Shown here piece after piece: positions 28,352 to 36,363 of a stretch of DNA of 64,000 nt. The translations under genes and the position numbers were made by a program. This DNA is from Clostridia bacterium. Its GTDB lineage: Bacteria; Bacillota; Clostridia; UBA1212. How positions within the stretch are numbered: position 1 is the stretch's first letter; each line of letters opens with the position of its first letter. The notes under the pieces are model-generated. The model ran no database searches and was not told the DNA's origin. It worked only from the letters and a program-made list of their open reading frames with translations. Location of the stretch: positions 4,560-68,559 of the forward strand of contig JAGDAX010000014.1 in NCBI GenBank assembly GCA_017848335.1, in the 5' to 3' direction.

Positions 28352-30895
28352 ATGGAAAAAATGGACTATACGATATTGAACAAAGCGCAGGCAATCTTCC
28401 TCAAGGGGCTTGAAAATGAGACGAACGTACAGGCAGGCTTTGTGACGGAGGTTTACTTTGAAGGAACCCCGGCTGAGGTCTGCGCCTCCGGGGATCTGCC
28501 GGTTGAAGGAACACCGGCTGGGCCTTGTGCTTCCGGGCCTGCGCCGAAGGTCGGGGCCGCGCCCTTGGCAAAGGTCTTTGTCGCCGCCAGGAGCTTTTAC
28601 CGGCTCTATATCAACGGCGAGCTTGCGATGCACGGCCCGGCAAGGGCGGCAGAGGGCTTCCTGCGTGCGGACGAGATCGACGTGGGAAAATTCCTGCGGA
28701 CGGGGAATAATATTTTCGCGTTCGAGGTGTCCTCCTACGGCGACTTCTTCGGCTCCTACTCCAACGATATCGTGCTCGGCAAGGGGCTCCTCCGGGCCGC
28801 GATCTTCGTGGGTCAGAGTGTGATTCTGACGTCGCCGGAGAGCTTCCGGGGCATAAGGCTGAGCGGGCGGGCGCAGCTGGCGGAGCGCATTTCGCATTGT
28901 CGGGAAATGGCGGAGGTGTATACGATTGACGCGAATTATACGCGCTGGCGCACCGATCCGGGAGTTTTAGCCCATGAGGTGGCGGCGGTGCTTTCGGACG
29001 AGAAGATCATCCCCCGCGGGTCGGAGCTTCCGTCGCTTGAGAGGCTTGGCGGGGCGCGGCTTGCGGAATGCGGCAGCGCTTTTATCGACCCCGGCGCTCC
29101 GTTTACCGAGAGCTGGTTCGAAAAGGGATACACGTACTACGACAGTCTGCCCGACAGGCCCCTAAAGGATTACAAAATGACCGTTGAGCGGCCGCTTCAA
29201 GCCGGGACTTCGGTTGTCTTCGCGGACGGGGCTGTTTGCAAAGAGGCCGCCGGCAAAGAGGCTGCTGACAGAGAAGCTGCCGGCAAAGAAGCCGCCGGCA
29301 AAGAGGCCGCCGGCAAAGGTATCGTCTGCAAAACATCCGGCGCATCGGCGGACGACACTGTATATTTTTACCTTGATTTAGGCAAACCGGCGGTGGGCTT
29401 CATTGACGTGGAGCTCGAGGCCGAGCTGCCCGGAATCATCGACATTGTCCATATTGAATCGCCGGTGCTTTACGACGAAAAGGACGAGCTCAGCGGCGGC
29501 GCGAACCCGGTCACGAGGCTTAAGCTGAAGGAGGCGGGGCTTAGGGTGTCATTCCTGAGCTTCGAACCTGCGCTGGCGAGGTTTTACAGGATCTACGCGC
29601 GAAACTGCGGCAACGTCACGCTGCATTCCTTCGCGATAAGGGACTACACGGCCCGCGACAAGTGCGGCGGCAGCTTCCTCTGCAGCGACGACGACCTCAA
29701 CCGGATCTACGAGGCCTCGCGGCTCACGCTCAAGCTGAACACGCTGGATATATTCATGGACTGCCCCGACAGGGAGCGCGGCGGCTGGCTTTGCGACTCC
29801 TACTGGACCGGCCGGGCGGAGAGAATGCTTTACGGCGAGACGCGCGTCGAGAAGGATTTTCTGGAAAATTTCCTTCAGACGGACGCGGAAAAAATGTGGA
29901 AGGGGTTCTTCCCGGAATGCTACCCGGCCACCAAGGCGAACTACGGGACAAGCCCCAACATCACCACCTGGTCCTTCTGGCTCATTAAGGAGCTCAGCGA
30001 ATACGTGCGCTGCTCCGGCGACACGGACATGCCCCGCAGGTACGAGAATAGACTCCGGGCATTTACAGACGGCGCACTGAGCTTCGTGGGCGACAGCGGG
30101 CTGCTGGAAGATCTGCCCTGCATTTTCGTTGACTGGTCGTTTTCCAACGACGAAAGGTTTCTGGGAAATATTTCCACCGCCGCCAACTGCCTTTTTGCCT
30201 CGGCTCTGAAGGACCTGGGCGGGCTTCTGGGCGACGAAGCGCTCTCTGCAAGGGGAGACGCGATGCTTGAGATAATCCGCGGAGCTCTCGGGACACACCG
30301 CAGGGACTTCGATTACGTGCCGGACGCGATAATAAAAAACGCAGACGGCAGCCTCCGCGGCGGCGGCCTCTGCACCGAAAGCTGCAATTATCTGGCGGTC
30401 TGGTCCGGTCTTCTCAGGCCCGGCGAAGGCGAAAAGCTGATTTTCAACATCGTCAACGCCATGGGCCCGCACCCGCGTTACACTCCCGCGACAAGGCTCG
30501 GCCGCGCAGGGCTCTTCATAGGCCTCCAGTACCGGTTCGACCTTCTGGCAAGGCTCGGCGCGCAGGAGGTGCTCCTCAAGGAGCTGGCGCAGTTCTACGG
30601 ATATCAGCTGAAGGAGGGCCCCGGCACGCTCTGGGAAAGCACCGACATGAACAATACCAGCCGCTGCCACGGCTTCACGGCGTACACGGGCGTCCAGCTG
30701 ATGAGGGACGTTCTCGGACTGGGCGTGCCTGACGAGCTCACCAAGACCGTGAAGATCGACCCGCACCCGGGAGACCTGCGCTGGGCAAGGGGCTTCGTGA
30801 ACACAAGCGACGGCGTGATCTCGCTGTCCTGGGTGCAGAAGCACGGGAAGCCGGAAATGAGGCTGAGCCTCCCCGAGGGCTGGAAGGCGGTTTGA
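28352..30895 (+). CDS. GH78-like (alpha-L-rhamnosidase six-hairpin type) glycoside hydrolase
   Basis: Start at MEKMDYTIL (RBS GGAGG/AAGGA upstream). MDCPDRERGGWLCDSYW parallels the DCPQRDERMGW motif of the GH78 gene at 10608. The upstream 68 codons of the listed ORF lie in a tandem repeat. Confidence 0.75.
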   Translation: MEKMDYTILNKAQAIFLKGLENETNVQAGFVTEVYFEGTPAEVCASGDLPVEGTPAGPCASGPAPKVGAAPLAKVFVAARSFYRLYINGELAMHGPARAAEGFLRADEIDVGKFLRTGNNIFAFEVSSYGDFFGSYSNDIVLGKGLLRAAIFVGQSVILTSPESFRGIRLSGRAQLAERISHCREMAEVYTIDANYTRWRTDPGVLAHEVAAVLSDEKIIPRGSELPSLERLGGARLAECGSAFIDPGAPFTESWFEKGYTYYDSLPDRPLKDYKMTVERPLQAGTSVVFADGAVCKEAAGKEAADREAAGKEAAGKEAAGKGIVCKTSGASADDTVYFYLDLGKPAVGFIDVELEAELPGIIDIVHIESPVLYDEKDELSGGANPVTRLKLKEAGLRVSFLSFEPALARFYRIYARNCGNVTLHSFAIRDYTARDKCGGSFLCSDDDLNRIYEASRLTLKLNTLDIFMDCPDRERGGWLCDSYWTGRAERMLYGETRVEKDFLENFLQTDAEKMWKGFFPECYPATKANYGTSPNITTWSFWLIKELSEYVRCSGDTDMPRRYENRLRAFTDGALSFVGDSGLLEDLPCIFVDWSFSNDERFLGNISTAANCLFASALKDLGGLLGDEALSARGDAMLEIIRGALGTHRRDFDYVPDAIIKNADGSLRGGGLCTESCNYLAVWSGLLRPGEGEKLIFNIVNAMGPHPRYTPATRLGRAGLFIGLQYRFDLLARLGAQEVLLKELAQFYGYQLKEGPGTLWESTDMNNTSRCHGFTAYTGVQLMRDVLGLGVPDELTKTVKIDPHPGDLRWARGFVNTSDGVISLSWVQKHGKPEMRLSLPEGWKAV
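29240..29317 (+). repeat. in-frame 15-bp tandem repeat x5 inside the CDS (KEAAG units)
   Basis: AAAGAGGCCGCCGGC-type units counted directly. They encode KEAAGKEAADREAAGKEAAGKEAAGKG. Confidence 0.9.
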
Positions 30896-30969
30896 GGGAG
30901 CGGGCGCGGCGGCCTCCGGGCACATCACGTCAGCCGCGTTACCGCGCAGCTTTTCACCGAAATACCTGA

Positions 30970-31016
30970 AAAAAGAAAGACGCGATGCCTCAAAATCAAA
31001 GCATCGCGTCTTTTTC
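30970..31016. terminator. bidirectional Rho-independent terminator
   Basis: AGACGCGATGC / GCATCGCGTCT 11-bp stem with an A-run before and TTTTT after. Lies between convergent genes. Confidence 0.8.
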
Positions 31017-31138
31017 CGGCTGATTGCCCGCGGGTTCAGTAAAGTCCGCGGTTATTTGTGCGGCCCGCGGATCCGGTAAGGCCCGCTGAATGCACGCGCT
31101 TATTGCGCCGCATTGCGCTTCCTGCGCCCCTGAGATCA

Positions 31139-31996
31139 TCAGCCCCTGCAGGAATGATTCTCCGTCCTGGAAATGTTGAGGAACGTTTCGCCGTCGATCT
31201 GCATGGCGCAGGGCTTGTCGAACTCCACCGTGATGTCGTGGCCCTTGAGCACCACCACGTGCTTCTTTTCGTTGACCAGCTCGCCCTTGAAAATCTTGGG
31301 GAAAATCATGAGAGCGTGGAGGGGAACCTTGTCGAACATCACGACGCAGGTAAGCTCGCGGGACTCATTGAGGCGGTCCTGGTCGGGCGCGACGTTCATG
31401 CCGCCGCCGTAGAACCTGCCGTTCATAACGGGCGCAAGCCACACGTTGTCGTATTCGTAAACCTTGCCGTCCACGGTAATTTTGGCGCTGCGGGGCTTGA
31501 ATTTGAAGAGAAGGCCCTTGATGGCGATGGAGGTGTAATTGATGGGCTTGTCGCTGGCGGCGCGCTGTCTGTCGCCCTCCTCGCAGCAATACCCGTCGAT
31601 TCCGTAGCCCACGCCGTTGATGAAGTAGTATTCCTTGCCGTCCACAACGGTCACCGGAAGCTTCTCGAGGTACGGATTGAGCCTGAGAAGAGCATCCTTG
31701 GAGGCGCCCTTTACGTCGTTCCAGAAATCGTTGCCGGATCCCGACGGGAAATAAAAAATGTCCCTTTCGACCGGTTTGTTTCGGATGCTGTTGACAAGGT
31801 AATTCAGCGTTCCGTCGCCGCCGGTGATGATGACGGTGTCTTCCGCCGGGAAGGACATGATGCATTCAAAGGTGTCATCGACCTTGGTGACGTCTATGTA
31901 CTCGAAGGTTTCCCCGCCCAAAAGGGGCTCGATAAGCTTTGCGCCGTCAAGGCCGTGGCCATTGTTTGCCTTTGTATTGTAAAGAATACGAACCAT
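31139..31996 (-). CDS. diacylglycerol kinase-family lipid kinase
   Basis: AAGGAG RBS before MVRILYNTK. GGDGTL catalytic-domain motif. C-terminal IDGE motif. Confidence 0.85.
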   Translation of the reverse strand: MVRILYNTKANNGHGLDGAKLIEPLLGGETFEYIDVTKVDDTFECIMSFPAEDTVIITGGDGTLNYLVNSIRNKPVERDIFYFPSGSGNDFWNDVKGASKDALLRLNPYLEKLPVTVVDGKEYYFINGVGYGIDGYCCEEGDRQRAASDKPINYTSIAIKGLLFKFKPRSAKITVDGKVYEYDNVWLAPVMNGRFYGGGMNVAPDQDRLNESRELTCVVMFDKVPLHALMIFPKIFKGELVNEKKHVVVLKGHDITVEFDKPCAMQIDGETFLNISRTENHSCRG

Positions 31997-32384
31997 TATT
32001 AACTCCTTCAAACAAGCTGTATAAAAAATGAAATAAGCGCTGATTTTGCGGGAAGGGCATTTAATCAGCGTTTTTCTTGAGAGCCTAACGCTCAATAATG
32101 ATGATACCACAGGGGCGCGGTCGTGTCAATGGATTTCCGTGTCCTTGCGGTGCATCTGCGGCGTTTCCGCGTTTCCGCAGGGCAGCCTTGGGAGGCAACT
32201 CTGCGTGTTCTTCGCGATTCACTTTAAGGGTACCTCCGCGCGCTTTCGGCCCGGTTCTCCGCAGCGCATTTTCTGCCCGAAGCAATGCAGCACATTAGCC
32301 GGGTATTGGCCGCAGCATCTCTGCCGGAAGCATCGCCGCGCATTATCGTGTCAAAGCCCCGCCGCGCATTAGCGCATTATCTGC

Positions 32385-33104
32385 TCAAAGCTCCACCACC
32401 GCCACGTAAGGCCTGTGGTCCGACGCCACTATCGGAGGAATATCCGCCGACAGCACTTTAAGGTCCCTTGACGCGAAAATGTAGTCGATCTTAACGTTCG
32501 GCTCCGGGGAGGGGAAGCTGAGCCTGGGCTCGCTGAAAAGCTCCGCGGTGTCAAACATACGCTCCTTGATGGGCGCGAGAATCGGATCGTCGGGCGTCAC
32601 GTTGAAGTCGCCCATAAGCACGCAGTCGCGGTCCTTGAGCGTCTTGACGGCAAATCTCACGGCGTTGCGCTGCTCATCCGGATTGAGTCCGAAATGGGAA
32701 ACCAGCACGTTCAGCGGCCTGGCGCCCTCCACGTCCACCACCGCGGAAATGATGCAGCGCGTCTCGTAGTAACTGTTTTTGCACTGGCGTTTTTGGGGAT
32801 CCGGAATGCGCACGACCTTGGCGGAAATTATCGGGAAGCGCGACAGCAGCGCGTTGCCGTAGGGGTTGACGCCTCCGAATTTGACTGCGGGCCCGAAATA
32901 ATAGTGGTACCCGAGCTTCTCCGCGAGAATCTTAGCCTGCGGTCTGTACTCGAGAAGAGCCATGCCCTTGCCGCGAATCTCCTGCAGCCCCACAATGTCT
33001 GCGCCCTGCTCCCGGATAACGCGGGCCATCAGGGCGTAGTCGATGCGCCTGGTAATGAAATTCAGGCAGTGCTGCGTGTTGAAAGACATTATTTTTACGT
33101 TCAT
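32385..33104 (-). CDS. endonuclease/exonuclease/phosphatase (EEP) family protein
   Basis: Start MNVKIMSFN. Motifs GLQE, GDFN, SDHRP in the canonical EEP order. Confidence 0.85.
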   Translation of the reverse strand: MNVKIMSFNTQHCLNFITRRIDYALMARVIREQGADIVGLQEIRGKGMALLEYRPQAKILAEKLGYHYYFGPAVKFGGVNPYGNALLSRFPIISAKVVRIPDPQKRQCKNSYYETRCIISAVVDVEGARPLNVLVSHFGLNPDEQRNAVRFAVKTLKDRDCVLMGDFNVTPDDPILAPIKERMFDTAELFSEPRLSFPSPEPNVKIDYIFASRDLKVLSADIPPIVASDHRPYVAVVEL

Positions 33105-33226
33105 GGTCGTGTTTTTATTCAGGGACGGGCGGCCGACAGGCTTATCAAAACCGGCCGCCCGTCCGGGCTTCCAAAGTCCGCCATACAGCCGGACAGGAAA
33201 TACCAAATTGCTCTGAGGCTCCCGTA

Positions 33227-33286
33227 GCATCACAGCGGCTTCCGAGGCATTACAACTGCTTCCGAAGCATCACAGCGGCCCGGCAG
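33227..33286. repeat. 20-bp tandem repeat x3 (GCATYACARCKGCTTCCGAR)
   Basis: Read directly. A further CCCCGT(GT)CACCG pair follows up to about 33340. Confidence 0.8.
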
Positions 33287-33359
33287 AGCGCCCCGTCACC
33301 GAAAATCAGTGTTACCGAAGCCCCGTGTCACCGGGGCCCGCGGAGCGCACCTTCGCCTG

Positions 33360-34793
33360 TCATCTGTCGATGAAAGCCAGATACCCTTTGTACGCCCAGT
33401 AAATGTCGCTCTTCGATGCGAGCTCCAAAGGAGCATGCATTGACCAGAGCGGCACGCCGCAGTCCAAGACCTCGACACCCTTGTCGGCCATGAACTGGGC
33501 GATGGTTCCGCCGCCGCCGGAGTGGATCTTGCCCATTTCGTTGATCTGCCAGGCAACGCCGTTCTCGTCGAAAATGTCTGTGACTTCACGGACAAATTCC
33601 GCGGGGCAGTCGGAGGTGCCGGATTTTCCGCCGTGGCCGGTATACTTCTCGATAGCGATGCCGCCGCCCATAAACGCCGCGTTGCTCTCGTCATAAACGT
33701 CCGCGTAGGAGGGGTCGAAGGCCGCTGTGACGTCCGCTGAAAGCATCTTGGAGGCCGCGAGACATCTGTTGGCGGTGAGCATTACCTCGCCGGGGCCGTA
33801 CAGGGCGGCGATCTCAATGGCAAAAAGCTCAAGTGAGTTGGACCTTGCGCCCGTGTTGCCGACGCTGCCGATCTCTTCCTTGTCGGCGAAATAAGCCACA
33901 GCGGTGCGGGTGGGGACGTTCTTCATGTCAAGAAGCGCCCGAAGCTCGGTGTACGCGCAGACCCTGTCGTCGTGGCCGTAAGCCGCGATCATGCCTCTGT
34001 CGAAGCCGATGTCCGTGGCTTTGGCGGCGGGTGTGATGACAAGCTCGGCGCGCTGGAAGTCCTTCTCGTCAACGCCGTACTTCTCGTTGAAGTAAGCGAG
34101 AATCTGCTGCTTCACGGTGAGCGTCTTGCTGTCCTTGTCTTCCTCGTCGATTTTGCCGGGAATGGAACCGATGATCACGTTAAGGTTCTCCGGGTCAATG
34201 AAGCTCCCCGCCGGCTTCGACATCTGGCCGCCTCCCATATGCGGAAGCAGATCCGAGATCATAAACTTGGGCTCGTCGTCATTTTCACCTATTTTTACGG
34301 TGATCTTCTCGCCGTTCTTCTTGACGATGACGCCGTGAAGAGAGAGCGGAATGGTGGGCCACTGGTACATCTTGATGCCGCCGTAATAGTGAGTGCGGAA
34401 GTAGAGGACGTTGTTCTTTTCGGAGAGGGGATTGGGCTTGAGGTCAAGTCGCGGGCAGTCCACGTGGGCGCCGACCATATTGAACCCGACCTCGGGATTT
34501 TCCTTGCCGAGCACGGCAATAAAAATGCAGCGGTTGCGGTGTACGTAATAGAGCTTCGTCCCGGGAAGCTTCTCTTTAGGAAGCTTCAGATCACGCACCT
34601 CTTCAATGGAAAGGAAGCCGGAGGCACGCAGAAGCTTAATCGCGGAATCGACCGCCTCGCGCTCGGTCTTGCTCTCGTCAAGGAACTTCTTGTAATCCTC
34701 GCAAAGCGCCGTGACCTCGGCCTTCACGGACTCGTCCATGTACTGCCAGGAATTTCTGCGCTTAAATTCCAGTTTCTCATCAAAATCAGCCAT
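33360..34793 (-). CDS. M18-family aminopeptidase (aspartyl aminopeptidase-like)
   Basis: AAGGAGG RBS. GAHVDCPRLDLKP, AYGHDDRVC, ADKEEIGS and SMHAP motifs fit the M18 metallopeptidase pattern. Confidence 0.85.
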   Translation of the reverse strand: MADFDEKLEFKRRNSWQYMDESVKAEVTALCEDYKKFLDESKTEREAVDSAIKLLRASGFLSIEEVRDLKLPKEKLPGTKLYYVHRNRCIFIAVLGKENPEVGFNMVGAHVDCPRLDLKPNPLSEKNNVLYFRTHYYGGIKMYQWPTIPLSLHGVIVKKNGEKITVKIGENDDEPKFMISDLLPHMGGGQMSKPAGSFIDPENLNVIIGSIPGKIDEEDKDSKTLTVKQQILAYFNEKYGVDEKDFQRAELVITPAAKATDIGFDRGMIAAYGHDDRVCAYTELRALLDMKNVPTRTAVAYFADKEEIGSVGNTGARSNSLELFAIEIAALYGPGEVMLTANRCLAASKMLSADVTAAFDPSYADVYDESNAAFMGGGIAIEKYTGHGGKSGTSDCPAEFVREVTDIFDENGVAWQINEMGKIHSGGGGTIAQFMADKGVEVLDCGVPLWSMHAPLELASKSDIYWAYKGYLAFIDR

Positions 34794-35120
34794 AAAAAAT
34801 ACCTCCTTGGAGATTTCAATCAGGAGGTATTATATCAGTTTTGGAAAAATAGTACACTCAAAAATTGAATAGTTTTGGATCGGTTTGGATCGGTTTGGAC
34901 CGATATTTCCGGATAAGTGTTCACGAGATATTCACAGGATTTCTTAGGTCTGACAGCATCATCGGACAAGTGAAATAGTTTGTGCTGTCAGTGATGTATG
35001 TGATTATCACAACGAGGAATATAACAATTGCAGGATGTTGACATATAATATAATGACAAAGAAGTCATTTAAGCATAAAAGACCTAAATGGCTATAATAC
35101 AATGCATGCGGAGGATTATT

Positions 35121-35963
35121 ATGAACGTTAGACTGATTACATTGGATTTACTGTCTGAATTCCAAGCGAAACTTATTGATGACGAAAAAAGCAAATATAC
35201 TATCGAAAAGTATCTGCGCGATGTTAGGCAATTTATGGTCTTTTCTGAACAAAAGAATGTAGACAAGGCACTCGTAGTGTCATACAAGGCTATGTTAAAA
35301 GACAGTTATACAGTTGAAAGCGCTAATTCCATGCTGGCGTCGATAAATGCATTCTTCAGATTTGTCGGCTGGTTGGATATTATCGTAAAACAATACAGAG
35401 TACAGAAAAAAGTTTTTTGTGAAGAAGAGAAGGAGCTCACTCGTGAAGAATATCTTCGCCTTGTTCGAGCGGCAGAACATCAACACAACGAAAGATTGTC
35501 GCTCCTTTTGCAAACAATTTGCAGTACAGGAATTCGAATAAGCGAGCTTCAATACATAACAGTTGAAGCCGTACGAACGGGCAAAGCTATTGTTTCTTGC
35601 AAAAATAAAACAAGAAGTATTTTTATTGTTAAGAAGCTCCAAAACCTACTTATTTCATATTGTGAACGCAATTCAATCAAAACCGGACAGATATTCGTTA
35701 CTAAAACAGGAAACCCAATAAATCGCTCAAATGTGTGGCGCGAAATGAAAGCTGTCTGTAAGGAGGCAGGAGTAAATCCACAGAAAGTATTCCCTCATAA
35801 CCTGCGGCACCTTTTTGCAAGAGTTTTCTACGGTATCGAAAAAGATCTTGCAAAGCTGGCTGATATTATGGGACACAGTAACATAAATACCACCAGAATT
35901 TATATTATTGCTACCGGCATTGAGCATAAGAGAAAGATGGAAAATATGAAACTACTAATCTAA
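35121..35963 (+). CDS. tyrosine-type site-specific recombinase/integrase (280 aa, Xer/Cre-size, no arm-binding domain)
   Basis: GGAGG RBS before MNVRLITL. Catalytic signature in order: R (TGIRISEL), H-x-x-R (HNLRHLF), H (GHSNINTT), Y (TRIYI; Tyr codon 35901-35903). Confidence 0.9.
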   Translation: MNVRLITLDLLSEFQAKLIDDEKSKYTIEKYLRDVRQFMVFSEQKNVDKALVVSYKAMLKDSYTVESANSMLASINAFFRFVGWLDIIVKQYRVQKKVFCEEEKELTREEYLRLVRAAEHQHNERLSLLLQTICSTGIRISELQYITVEAVRTGKAIVSCKNKTRSIFIVKKLQNLLISYCERNSIKTGQIFVTKTGNPINRSNVWREMKAVCKEAGVNPQKVFPHNLRHLFARVFYGIEKDLAKLADIMGHSNINTTRIYIIATGIEHKRKMENMKLLI

Positions 35964-35988
35964 AAATAGGCAAATTAAGCGCTTTGAC

Positions 35989-36010
35989 AACATTATGAAT
36001 ATAATGTTGT
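35989..36010. repeat. left inverted repeat of the switch (ACATTATGAATATAATGTTGTA)
   Basis: Perfect 22-bp reverse complement of 36246-36267. Itself made of 10-bp inverted arms ACAACATTAT/ATAATGTTGT (35986-36009) around an asymmetric GAAT core. Confidence 0.9.
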
Positions 36011-36052
36011 AATGATTGGCTGAAATAGTTTAGATATTCATCAACACCGCGG

Positions 36053-36082
36053 TATTATATCACGCAATACCTTTTCTTCGCA
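36053..36082 (-). promoter_or_regulatory. candidate sigma-A promoter inside the switch, currently facing the recombinase gene
   Basis: On the minus strand: TTGCGA (36082-36077), 18-nt spacer ending in TGA, then TATAAT (36058-36053). This gives a perfect extended -10. Confidence 0.45.
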
Positions 36083-36245
36083 AGTTTTTTTACACGCAAA
36101 TCCATTTTTATGAAAAATGAGTGATGGAGAGAATCTACAGCTGATAATTTAAATCAAAATCAACTGTAAGAAATCTGTCACTAATTTCATTTAAATGGCT
36201 AAAAAGCTTTAAATCAAGATGTCTATAGATGAAGGGCGCAGGGGT

Positions 36246-36267
36246 ATACAACATTATATTCATAATG
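36246..36267. repeat. right inverted repeat of the switch (TACAACATTATATTCATAATGT)
   Basis: Perfect reverse complement of 35989-36010. The central core is ATTC, i.e. opposite orientation to the left site. Confidence 0.9.
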
Positions 36268-36363
36268 TATTCATTTGACTTTCTTACAAGTCTTTTTTAA
36301 AAGCAATTTCAATAAAAAACAGAAAACTACTGATTCCGGTGATTTAAAAAGAAAGGAAAAACT

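Larger units (their letters stand above)
35989..36267. promoter_or_regulatory. candidate invertible DNA switch (inverton) between the recombinase and cargo genes
   Basis: 22-bp perfect inverted repeats flank 235 bp. Starts 26 nt after the recombinase stop and ends 96 nt before the cargo ATG. Contains an outward-facing consensus-like promoter. Confidence 0.6.

Noticed and set aside
34999-35011. TGTGATtATCACA palindrome read as a CRP/FNR-type site.
   Set aside because: CRP/FNR consensus half-sites are separated by 6 nt (TGTGA-N6-TCACA), whereas here the separation is 3 nt. It may still be an operator for an unknown regulator, which is noted under findings. No CRP call is justified.
34860-35120. 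att-type direct repeats or a tRNA/tmRNA integration target at the island borders. One candidate: TTCCGGATAA at about 34909 versus TTATCCGGAA at about 45505.
   Set aside because: The only shared words are 10 nt or shorter and palindromic (TCCGGA). No cloverleaf-compatible sequence or T-loop (GGTTCGAATCC) is present on either side. The borders are therefore left approximate.
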